DNA from: Candidatus Nanopusillus sp. | GTDB taxonomy: Archaea; Nanobdellota; Nanobdellia; Nanobdellales; Nanobdellaceae | Length of the DNA: 32,000 nt | Direction: 5' to 3' | Assembly: GCA_046533775.1 (NCBI GenBank) | Contig: JAWDOO010000002.1 | Location: 60,001-92,000 of the forward strand | In this document: positions 1-7,611 of the stretch, one piece after another | How the letters are laid out: each line of letters begins with the position of its first letter | How positions within the stretch are numbered: the stretch's first letter is position 1 | The notes under the pieces: model-generated | The model's database searches: none | What the model saw: only the letters and a program-made list of their open reading frames with translations | Told to the model about the DNA's origin: nothing | Translations under genes and position numbers: made by a program

Positions 1-699
1 ATCATATAATATAATCTTTGAAACCCTCTTTATCCAATCAGAATCACTCTTTATATTATATTTTTCCCTTAATTTAATAAATAAATCTCTTATATTTTCT
101 ACATTTATATTATAATATTCTTCAAATGGTTTTTTACCTATCTTTTTATATAAATAAAAAACTGCCTTTTCTGGATATTCTAATTTATCTATATCATATG
201 CTCCCAAAATTGATAATAAATATTTATTTTTTGTTTCAACAATACCTGGAGAATCAATTAAATAATATTTTCTAGATAGTTTAATTATTTGTAAATGCTT
301 TGTAAATCCTGGTTTTGGAGAAGTACCAGCACTTCTCCTTCCAACTAAAATATTTACTATTGAAGATTTTCCAGTATTTGGATATCCAAATACTCCAATA
401 TATGCCTTTTCATATTTCTTTCCAACTTTTTTTATTGCTTCTCTTAATTTTCTACTTCCTTTTCTATATATTGCCGACATATATACTGTTATATATTCTT
501 TACTAAATTCTTCTATTACTTTCTTTAAAAAATCTTTACTTACCAAATCAGATTTATTTAAAACTAATATTAGGTCCTTATTTTTATTTTTTATATATTT
601 TTCTATATATTTTATTCTACATAATTTTGGAAACCTTGCATCCAATATTTCAAGCAATATATTAGATTTATTTATTAATTCTTTTATTTTAATATCCAT
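1..699 (-). CDS. Circularly permuted ribosome-biogenesis GTPase (YlqF/RbgA/MJ1464-like); C-terminus runs off the window start
   Basis: The minus-strand frame is open from ATG (697-699) to position 1; it is missing from the ORF track because it is open-ended. My translation reads MDIKIKELINKSNILLEILDARFPKL..LVLNKSDL..GVFGYPNTGKSSIVN..TSPKPGFTK..LIDSPG. This gives the permuted motif order G4 (NKSD), G1 (GxPNxGKS), G2 (PGFT), G3 (DSPG). Confidence 0.65.
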   Translation of the reverse strand, partial: MDIKIKELINKSNILLEILDARFPKLCRIKYIEKYIKNKNKDLILVLNKSDLVSKDFLKKVIEEFSKEYITVYMSAIYRKGSRKLREAIKKVGKKYEKAYIGVFGYPNTGKSSIVNILVGRRSAGTSPKPGFTKHLQIIKLSRKYYLIDSPGIVETKNKYLLSILGAYDIDKLEYPEKAVFYLYKKIGKKPFEEYYNINVENIRDLFIKLREKYNIKSDSDWIKRVSKIILYD

Positions 700-757
700 A
701 ATTAAAATATTTTAGAAATATAAAATAATATATTTTTTTAAAAATTGTTGATATAAA

Positions 758-765
758 TTTATAAA
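758..765 (+). promoter_or_regulatory. TATA-box-like TTTATAAA, 30 nt upstream of the ATG at 788
   Basis: Exact TTTATAAA at 758-765. The same octamer recurs at the same spacing upstream of other start codons in this window. Specificity is low in DNA this AT-rich. Confidence 0.35.
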
Positions 766-787
766 TTAATTTAAACAATAATAATAT

Positions 788-982
788 ATGGCAGCTAGAC
801 AAAGAAAAACATTAAAAGAACTTTTATTGGAATTATTAAAAACTCCAAAAACCATTGATGAAGTAATAAAAGCTGTAAAATCTAAAAGACCAAGAACAAG
901 AGTTAGGGTTATAAAAGCATTAGTATCAAGATTATTAAGGGAAGGATCAATAAAGAAAGTAGGAGATAAATTACAAGCATAA
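788..982 (+). CDS. Small basic protein, possibly a winged-helix DNA-binding protein
   Basis: 64-aa ORF, Arg/Lys-rich and noticeably more GC-rich than its flanks. The pattern TIDEVIKAVKS..RVIKALVSRLLREGSIKKVG resembles a wHTH recognition helix plus wing. No family assignment is possible by eye. Confidence 0.4.
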   Translation: MAARQRKTLKELLLELLKTPKTIDEVIKAVKSKRPRTRVRVIKALVSRLLREGSIKKVGDKLQA

Positions 983-1195
983 AAAATTTAGAGTTTTTAT
1001 TTATTTTAAATTTTTAAAAAATAAGGTAGTAGATTCTTTTCTTCTAATATATCTGCTAACCATTTTAAATCAAATTTTCTAACTTTTCAATTGTAGGTCA
1101 TTTACTAATTGCTTCAATATTTTTTGCATCGTCTTTCCCTACAATTGATGATATTTAATATTTTAAATTATGTTTGATAAAATAATAGAATTATT

Positions 1196-1203
1196 TTTAT
1201 AAA
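1196..1203 (+). promoter_or_regulatory. TATA-box-like TTTATAAA, exactly 32 nt upstream of the ATG at 1228
   Basis: Exact TTTATAAA at 1196-1203. The spacing is identical to the boxes upstream of 8161 and 23513, and to tRNA-Ala and 5S relative to their mature 5' ends. Confidence 0.4.
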
Positions 1204-1227
1204 GAATGAAAAAATAATAGAGTTATT

Positions 1228-2478
1228 ATGAAATATATAAATAGAGAAATAGAAGAGAAAATAAATAAACTTATTGGAAGAAAAGAAATAATTGGAATAA
1301 GAGGACCTAGACAAGCTGGGAAAACAACATTATTAAAGAATATTTATGAAAAAATCAATGAAAATAAGGTATATATTGATATGTATATAGATGAATATAG
1401 AAAAAATTTTGAAGAAAATTATATGGATTTTATTAAAAGATATAAAGATGAAAAGAAATTGTTTCTTTTTTTAGATGAGATTCAAAAATTAAAGGATGGT
1501 GGAAAAATATTAAAAATAATATATGATAATTTTAATGATATTAAAATTTTTATATCTGGATCTTCTACATTAGAAATTAATACAAAAATACTTCCAGATT
1601 TAGTTGGAAGATTAATATTATTTACTTTATATCCTTTTAATTTTTATGAATTTTTATTATCAAAAGATAAGGGACTTGCAAATTTAGTAAAAGAAAAAAG
1701 AGAGTCTTTAAGAGGATTTTTAGAAAATGATAATGAAATTAAAAAACCATCTTTTAATGAAGAAATAGTAAAATATCTAAAAGAATATTTAATATACGGA
1801 GGATATCCTGAAATTGCTATAGCGAAAGATTTTGAAGAAAAGAAGATATTATTAAAAAATTTGTATAATTTATATATTGAAAAAGATATTGTAAATTTCT
1901 TCCATATCTATGATTCTTCAAAATTTATAGATCTTACTAAATATTTATCCTTCATAATAGGAAATATTCTAGATATTTCTTTAATTTCTAAAGAATTAAA
2001 AATAAGTTACAGAAAAGTTGAAAATTATATAACAATACTAAAGCATACATATATAATAGATTTAATTGGACCTTTTCATAAAAATATTGTAACAGAATTA
2101 AAGAAAGCTAAAAAGATATATTTTATAGATTTGGGTTTAAGAAATTCTGTTATAGATAATTTTTTAGAATATGATAAAAGAACAGATAAAGGACAATTAT
2201 TAGAAAACTTTGTTTATATAGAATTGTTAAAAAATTTTTCAGATTGGAAAATAAATTATTGGAGAACAACTGGAAAGGCGGAAATAGATTTTATTTTAAC
2301 AAAGGAAAATAAAGTTATTCCAATAGAAGTAAAAACATCTAAAAGAATTAATAAAGGTTTTTATACATTTATTAAGAGATATAAACCGGATAAAGGATTA
2401 ATAATAACTCTAAATGAATTTGATATAAAAGATATTTATAATACAAGAGTATATACTATTCCAGCATATTATATATAA
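1228..2478 (+). CDS. AAA+ superfamily ATPase of the archaeal COG1373 / DUF4143 type
   Basis: N-terminal Walker A (GIRGPRQAGKTTLLK) and Walker B-like (LFLFLDEIQ). The long C-terminal region ending KAEIDFIL..IPIEVK resembles the restriction-endonuclease-like tail typical of this family. Confidence 0.65.
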   Translation: MKYINREIEEKINKLIGRKEIIGIRGPRQAGKTTLLKNIYEKINENKVYIDMYIDEYRKNFEENYMDFIKRYKDEKKLFLFLDEIQKLKDGGKILKIIYDNFNDIKIFISGSSTLEINTKILPDLVGRLILFTLYPFNFYEFLLSKDKGLANLVKEKRESLRGFLENDNEIKKPSFNEEIVKYLKEYLIYGGYPEIAIAKDFEEKKILLKNLYNLYIEKDIVNFFHIYDSSKFIDLTKYLSFIIGNILDISLISKELKISYRKVENYITILKHTYIIDLIGPFHKNIVTELKKAKKIYFIDLGLRNSVIDNFLEYDKRTDKGQLLENFVYIELLKNFSDWKINYWRTTGKAEIDFILTKENKVIPIEVKTSKRINKGFYTFIKRYKPDKGLIITLNEFDIKDIYNTRVYTIPAYYI

Positions 2479-2479
2479 A
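2472..2479 (+). promoter_or_regulatory. TATA box TATATAAA, 32 nt upstream of the tRNA-Ala mature 5' end
   Basis: TATATAAA at 2472-2479 overlaps the stop codon (2476-2478) of the upstream ATPase gene. The spacing matches the mRNA boxes and implies a leaderless or near-leaderless tRNA transcript. Confidence 0.4.
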
Positions 2480-2503
2480 CTTAAAGGATATTTAGAATTT
2501 ATT

Positions 2504-2575
2504 GGGCCCGTAGTCTAGTCGTAGGATGTCGGCCTGGCTAGCCGGAGATCCCGGGTTCAAATCCCGGCGGGTCCA
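2504..2575 (+). tRNA. tRNA-Ala (anticodon GGC)
   Basis: Manual cloverleaf: acceptor GGGCCCG/CGGGTCC with the G3:U70 Ala identity pair, and D stem GTCT/GGAT. The anticodon stem is TCGGC/GCCGG with loop CTGGCTA (anticodon GGC). The T arm is CCGGG-TTCAAAT-CCCGG, with discriminator A. No CCA is encoded. Position 37 is U, which is unusual. Confidence 0.88.
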
Positions 2576-2721
2576 TTATTTACCAAATCCCCTTTCCCTT
2601 TTCTTATAACATCCAATTGAATTTATAAAATATTCTTTTGTAATTTTTGGCCAATATTTTTCTATAAAATATAATTCATAATATGCAGTTTTCATTATTT
2701 TTCCATAAAATATTTACTTAG

Positions 2722-2739
2722 TAGGATTACTAGGATTAC
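2722..2739 (+). repeat. Perfect tandem duplication of a 9-mer, TAGGATTAC x2
   Basis: taggattac at 2722-2730 and again at 2731-2739, about 38-55 nt upstream of tRNA-Gly. Confidence 0.6.
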
Positions 2740-2776
2740 AAAGTTTAATAATATTAACCTTATTAAAATATATATT

Positions 2777-2847
2777 GCACCCGTCGTCTAGTGGCAGGAT
2801 GCGGGCCTTCCAAGCCCGCGGCCCGGGTTCAAATCCCGGCGGGTGCA
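2777..2847 (+). tRNA. tRNA-Gly (anticodon UCC)
   Basis: Acceptor GCACCCG/CGGGTGC. The anticodon stem is CGGGC/GCCCG with loop CTTCCAA (anticodon TCC). The variable loop is 4 nt and the T arm is CCGGG-TTCAAAT-CCCGG, with discriminator A. No CCA is encoded. Confidence 0.92.
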
Positions 2848-2926
2848 TAATTTATTTTTTAAGAGTATATCTAAATATTTACCTTGCATTATTAATTTAT
2901 TAATTATAAAAGTTTACATAAAATGT

Positions 2927-4225
2927 ATGGATATTATTATAGGAAGATCATTAGATGATTTAGAAAAATATGGATTAAAAGGCTCAATTTTCATAGGTAA
3001 AGAATATATAAAAATGGAAAATGCTTTATCTTTAGCAAATACGGTTTATCTAGATGTAAATCTTCCACATTTAATATTAATTGCTGGAAAAAGAGGACAA
3101 GGAAAAAGTTATACATTAGCTTCAATATTTGAAAGTTTATCAGATCTTGAAAAAGATTTATTAAATAACTTCTCCGGACTAATATTTGATACAATGGGAA
3201 TATTTTGGACAATGAAATTTCCAAATTATAGAGATGCTGAATTATTGGAAAAATGGGGTTTAAAACCAAAATCAATAAAAAATTGTAGAATACTAGTTCC
3301 TAAAGGTTTATTAGATGAATATAGAAATATAAATATTCCTATAGATGATGTTTTTCAATTAAATCCTGCAGATTTATCGGGAATTGAATGGGTTCTAACA
3401 TTTAATTTAGATCCAACATCAAATATTGCATTATATATACAAAAAATTATAAAAAGAATGAAAGAAAATAATAATGGATATTCTATACAAGATATAATAA
3501 GTTATACAGAAAAATTAGATATAGATAGTAATATGAAAAATGCTATAACCACATACTTTGAAAATGCAGATGGTTGGGGATTATTTTCTGAAAAAGCTGA
3601 AAGTATAAGAAATTTAACAAAGCCAGGTTATATAAATATATTAGATATATCCCTATATACTGCAATAACTGGTGGATGGTCAATAAAAAACTTAGTAATT
3701 GGATTAATATCTAAAAAAATATTTTACCAAAGATTAATATATAGAAAGGTAGAAGAATTAGAAGAAATATATATTTCAAAAGAATTAGGTACAAGAGAAT
3801 TTCCATTAATATGGATTGCAATTGATGAAGCACATGAAGCACTTCCGAACGATTCAATTACACCAGCAACAGAACCATTAATACAGATAATAAGAGAAGG
3901 AAGACAACCAGGTATAACATTAGTATTGGCAACACAGCAACCTGGTAAAATGCATACAGATGTAATTACTCAAAGTGATATAGTTATATCACATAGAGTA
4001 ACTGCAGAAAAGGATTTAAAATCCTTAAATGAAATAATGAAGAATTTTACTGCACAGGATATTGATATATATATGAATGATAATTTACCAAAGAAAAAAG
4101 GTGCTGCTTTAATTTTAGATGATAAATCTGAAAAGATATATCCTGTTCAAATGAAACCGAGAGTTTCTTGGCATGGGGGTTCAGATCCAACTTTAATTAG
4201 AAAGAGATTATGGCTAGAGGGATAG
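2927..4225 (+). CDS. HerA/FtsK-superfamily (DUF87-like) P-loop ATPase
   Basis: Walker A is LILIAGKRGQGKSYT and Walker B is LIWIAIDEAHEALP. The signature REGRQPGITLVLATQQPGKMHTDVITQSDIVISHRVTAEKDLKSL closely follows the HerA/DUF87 pattern (rEGRK.G..l.l.sQrP..l...vlsQ....i..R..n..D). I moved the start to ATG 2927, because the ORF-track GTG start at 2843 overlaps tRNA-Gly. A TTTATTAA box lies at 2896-2903. Confidence 0.7.
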   Translation: MDIIIGRSLDDLEKYGLKGSIFIGKEYIKMENALSLANTVYLDVNLPHLILIAGKRGQGKSYTLASIFESLSDLEKDLLNNFSGLIFDTMGIFWTMKFPNYRDAELLEKWGLKPKSIKNCRILVPKGLLDEYRNINIPIDDVFQLNPADLSGIEWVLTFNLDPTSNIALYIQKIIKRMKENNNGYSIQDIISYTEKLDIDSNMKNAITTYFENADGWGLFSEKAESIRNLTKPGYINILDISLYTAITGGWSIKNLVIGLISKKIFYQRLIYRKVEELEEIYISKELGTREFPLIWIAIDEAHEALPNDSITPATEPLIQIIREGRQPGITLVLATQQPGKMHTDVITQSDIVISHRVTAEKDLKSLNEIMKNFTAQDIDIYMNDNLPKKKGAALILDDKSEKIYPVQMKPRVSWHGGSDPTLIRKRLWLEG

Positions 4226-6390
4226 TAAAGGAAATAGAAGGTATAATTGCAATAGTAATTTTTATTTCATTTTTAACATTTTATTTAGCAATATATAGAG
4301 AATATATAATAAACAATATTAATAATTATAATCAAATAAATTATTATAATAATTATATAAACAATATATTGAATTCAATTGAAACTAAATATTATTTACT
4401 ATCATTAAATGTTTCAATACCATTATCTATGTATTATCAATGTTTACAAAATTCTCCAATATATTATAATTTAAATAATGAATTTGCATATAATGATTTT
4501 TGTACATCATTTCCAATATATTATCCATTAAATATATCCTTTTTAACAAACTATTCTGGTGTATTAAATAATACAAATAATACATATCTAGATCCAAATG
4601 TTGGAATATTCTTTTATGCAAATTTTCTAAATTTTAATACAAGTAATAATCAACCTCAATATGTTTTAATTAATATTTCAAATCCTTCAAACCAAAATTT
4701 AATTAATTATCCAATATTTATAACTTCCACTGATATTTTTTATTGGTTACAAAATGGTTATAATCTATCTGTAAAGGATTTAAATGGAAATAATTATTAT
4801 TTTTGTTATTTAAATAATAATTTAAGTTGTAATAGTTTCAATAATGATGCCTATGGAATCTGGGTTAGTTTAAATATATCTCCATATGGTTATATAATAT
4901 TAAATATTTCTCCAATAAATGGGATAAATAGTTATTCAGTTGATGGAAAAGAAATATTTCCAGTATATGATAATTTTAGTTATCAAAACTATCAACAGTT
5001 TAGTCAATATTGGACAAACAATACTCCTATAAGTATTTCATATATGAATCCGGGAGATGATATTTATAGTACACAGTATAATACTTTTACAATTACTTAT
5101 AAAAACAGCATTTCAAAAGGTAATTATTTAATATTATTTAATATTCAAAATACTGGTTATTATAATGCTTATATAAAATTAGGAGATAATTGTAATATAA
5201 ATCTACCATCTTCTGGAAATTCAAATTCCTTATATGTTTATTATTGTTATAATGATGACAACAATGCTAATTTACAAATATATGGTCAAAATATTAATGC
5301 ATATTATATAAATTTAATTCCCTATAATGTAATACCAAATATAAAAATAATTTATCAACCAAATTTTACTTATAATTATAAATTTATTATAGGTCCGAAT
5401 TTAACTTATGATTTTTCTCAATATAATGATTTAGGCAGTGGAAACATTTTATTATTGAATTCTAATGGTAACTTCGCAATATATAATAATAATTTAGCAT
5501 ATTTTTCTTATCTAACAGATATATATGGCAATGAATATTATTCTATTCCAACAACCCTTTTAAATGCATGTTCTTTATATTTGATAATCGGATTTTCATT
5601 TTATAATTCTGAATACGAGCCTTATAATTTAACTCCCTATGTTTACAATGACTCATTAGCTTTATTATATCTATATAATTCCACAAATCTATCTATAAAG
5701 GATATAATATTTTCTAATACTTATTGGTATATATTTAATACTCAAAAATACTATAATTCAAATAACATGATATTCTGGAATACTTCACAATCTATCTATG
5801 GTTTTATTTTGAATTCTACTAACTTTTATAATAAACTATTCAATCTAAACAATTTATATAACGGATATTTATATTATGAATACGGTAATGGTATAATATT
5901 AAGAATATATATACAAACTATTGGTTGTTTTGGATATTTAAATTCTATATTATATACAAATTATAATCCTATAATAAGCATTTCTTATATTTCGTCATAT
6001 GACAATTATAATAATCTCTATTTCTTAAATGCAACATTAGATAATAGTTATAATTATCAAAATTATTACTTCTATCTATATTCAAATCCAAATTTAGATA
6101 AACAGACAGCAATATATTTAGCATTTTCTACTCAAATTCCATATATTGAAATAAATTATATCAAACCAATAAATGTAATAAATATAAATAATTTAGTTAA
6201 TTTATCCGAAAATTATCAAAATGTATATTTTTATTTTAATAATTTAAATATAACAATATTTAATGGGACAATATATCAGGGAAATATTGTAAATAATTAT
6301 AAATATTCAGAAAACTTTAATGTATATGTTTTAAATAATACAATGATAAATACATTATATAAAGATCAATTAACAATATATATAAAATGA
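4210..6390 (+). CDS. Large N-terminally membrane-anchored, Asn/Tyr-rich putative surface glycoprotein
   Basis: The N-terminus is MARG-IVKEIEGIIAIVIFISFLTFYLAIY, a short basic leader followed by one hydrophobic helix. The remaining ~700 aa are dominated by N, Y, I, L and S. They carry about two dozen N-x-S/T sequons by my manual count and very few Lys or Glu, unlike the K/E-rich cytosolic proteins here. It overlaps the upstream ATPase gene by 16 nt. Confidence 0.6.
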   Translation: MARGIVKEIEGIIAIVIFISFLTFYLAIYREYIINNINNYNQINYYNNYINNILNSIETKYYLLSLNVSIPLSMYYQCLQNSPIYYNLNNEFAYNDFCTSFPIYYPLNISFLTNYSGVLNNTNNTYLDPNVGIFFYANFLNFNTSNNQPQYVLINISNPSNQNLINYPIFITSTDIFYWLQNGYNLSVKDLNGNNYYFCYLNNNLSCNSFNNDAYGIWVSLNISPYGYIILNISPINGINSYSVDGKEIFPVYDNFSYQNYQQFSQYWTNNTPISISYMNPGDDIYSTQYNTFTITYKNSISKGNYLILFNIQNTGYYNAYIKLGDNCNINLPSSGNSNSLYVYYCYNDDNNANLQIYGQNINAYYINLIPYNVIPNIKIIYQPNFTYNYKFIIGPNLTYDFSQYNDLGSGNILLLNSNGNFAIYNNNLAYFSYLTDIYGNEYYSIPTTLLNACSLYLIIGFSFYNSEYEPYNLTPYVYNDSLALLYLYNSTNLSIKDIIFSNTYWYIFNTQKYYNSNNMIFWNTSQSIYGFILNSTNFYNKLFNLNNLYNGYLYYEYGNGIILRIYIQTIGCFGYLNSILYTNYNPIISISYISSYDNYNNLYFLNATLDNSYNYQNYYFYLYSNPNLDKQTAIYLAFSTQIPYIEINYIKPINVININNLVNLSENYQNVYFYFNNLNITIFNGTIYQGNIVNNYKYSENFNVYVLNNTMINTLYKDQLTIYIK

Positions 6391-6707
6391 GAAGCTGGAT
6401 AATTTTAGTAGAACTAGCATTTTCAATAATATTATTAACATTTTTCTTTTTATATATTTATTACGGCAAATCTAGCAATTATAATATTTATAATTTTGAT
6501 CCAAATAATTTAATTTACTTAAATTCTTCATGTAATAATAATTTATATATATATGAAATAATAAACCTAACAAGTAACAATATTACAATATGTTACTTTG
6601 GAAAACAAGTAAATTCAACATATATAGAAAATTATGAACCAATATTTGAATATTTATATGCAGGCCAAAATTATTTTAATCCATATATATTAATTATATT
6701 TGGATGA
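6387..6707 (+). CDS. Small pilin-like secreted or membrane protein
   Basis: MRS-WIILVELAFSIILLTFFFLYIYY has a 3-aa leader followed by a hydrophobic helix with Glu at +6. The body is N/Y-rich with sequons (NSS, NLT, NIT, NST). ATGA overlaps at both ends suggest translational coupling. Confidence 0.5.
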   Translation: MRSWIILVELAFSIILLTFFFLYIYYGKSSNYNIYNFDPNNLIYLNSSCNNNLYIYEIINLTSNNITICYFGKQVNSTYIENYEPIFEYLYAGQNYFNPYILIIFG

Positions 6708-7144
6708 AATCTCAATATATATTATTAGCAACAATTGCAATTATTATTATTTTATCTTTTATTACATATTATAATCTCTCTCCAATAAATAATATTAATC
6801 CAAATTTGATAGGAGAGAATTTTGAAGACCAAATAATATATATATATCAAAATTTTGGTTATAATTATATATCTAATTATACATTATATTTTGAAAATTA
6901 TACAAATGAAATTAATTATAATTTTTCTTTCATTTGTATATCTTCATATAATTTATCAATTCAAGAATGTAATGGAAATAATATAAATTGTTGTTATTAT
7001 TTTAAAGGATTTTTTATTGTAAATCAAAGTATATTAAAATATTGTAATGAAAACTTTATTTTATATAATCCACCAAATTGGATTTGTTTTTGTTATAATG
7101 TAAATAATTCTAATAGTTATTATATTAATTTCTTTTGTGTCTAA
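6704..7144 (+). CDS. Small pilin-like, Cys-rich secreted or membrane protein
   Basis: MKS-QYILLATIAIIIILSFITYY leader plus hydrophobic helix. The body is N/Y-rich with about 9 Cys and several sequons (NLS, NYT, NFS, NQS, NNS). Confidence 0.5.
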   Translation: MKSQYILLATIAIIIILSFITYYNLSPINNINPNLIGENFEDQIIYIYQNFGYNYISNYTLYFENYTNEINYNFSFICISSYNLSIQECNGNNINCCYYFKGFFIVNQSILKYCNENFILYNPPNWICFCYNVNNSNSYYINFFCV

Positions 7145-7611
7145 CATAAACTAATATATAAACCAGATTCATTCTTATCTAATAATAAACATAAATTATT
7201 TGTAATTGTAAGACTAGAACTATTTAATATATTAAATGGAATTGTATTAATAGTAAAATTATATTCATAATCATATACAGATAATTGAGTTATATTTAAA
7301 TTTATATATGGCGGAACTTGTAAAGAATAATTTACAGTAGAATAATATATACACATTATTTCCCCCGGATAAATATATATGATTGTTTTTGATGGTAAAT
7401 TATCATAAACTTTATAATTACATGAATAACAAGATCCAATTGTCTCTATTTGATAATTTAAATTTGTTAATAAATTTACAATATATTTTAAGTTTAATTC
7501 ATCCTGTTGATTCTGAACTGCTAAATGAACAAAATATAATACAAAAGACAATATAGAAAGAGCAAATGCAGTATATATTAAAAATTCAATCCATAAACTT
7601 ACACCTCTCAT
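7141..7611 (-). CDS. Small pilin-like secreted or membrane protein, encoded downstream of rps19e
   Basis: MRG-VSLWIEFLIYTAFALSILSFVLYF is the best class III signal-like N-terminus in the window: [KR]G, then a hydrophobic helix with Glu at +6. The body is N/Y-rich with sequons (NYS, NIT, NFT, NSS, NES) and 6 Cys. Its ATG overlaps the rps19e stop (ATGA). Confidence 0.5.
   Translation of the reverse strand: MRGVSLWIEFLIYTAFALSILSFVLYFVHLAVQNQQDELNLKYIVNLLTNLNYQIETIGSCYSCNYKVYDNLPSKTIIYIYPGEIMCIYYSTVNYSLQVPPYINLNITQLSVYDYEYNFTINTIPFNILNSSSLTITNNLCLLLDKNESGLYISLC

Noticed and set aside
315-506. 63-aa plus-strand ORF
   Set aside because: It lies inside, and antisense to, the open-ended GTPase gene on the minus strand.
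1141-1165. C-box-like TTGATGA in the 983-1227 spacer
   Set aside because: No D or D' (CTGA) box at an appropriate distance and no C' box, so it is not a C/D sRNA.
2576-2695. 39-aa minus-strand ORF (MKTAYYELYFIEKYWPKITKEYFINSIGCYKKRERGFGK) between the two tRNA genes, with its stop codon abutting the tRNA-Ala 3' end
   Set aside because: It is too short, has no motif, and cannot be distinguished from chance in AT-rich DNA. It could be a real micro-protein or a gene remnant, but I cannot support it.
2550-2847. 23-nt identical segment at the 3' ends of tRNA-Ala and tRNA-Gly, considered as attL/attR of an integrated element
   Set aside because: The repeat is the functional T arm and acceptor of two intact tRNAs only ~200 nt apart. 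There is no integrase, and no further copy of the segment downstream of the 2927-7144 cluster.
2843-2926. N-terminal 28 codons of the ORF-track version of the ATPase gene (GTG start)
   Set aside because: The GTG start lies within the last 5 nt of tRNA-Gly, and the extension is hydrophobic junk. ATG 2927 with an upstream TATA-like box is a better start.
2991-4621. Minus-strand ORFs at 2991-3275 and 4427-4621
   Set aside because: They are antisense to the HerA-like ATPase gene and to the 726-aa surface-protein gene, and are shadow ORFs.
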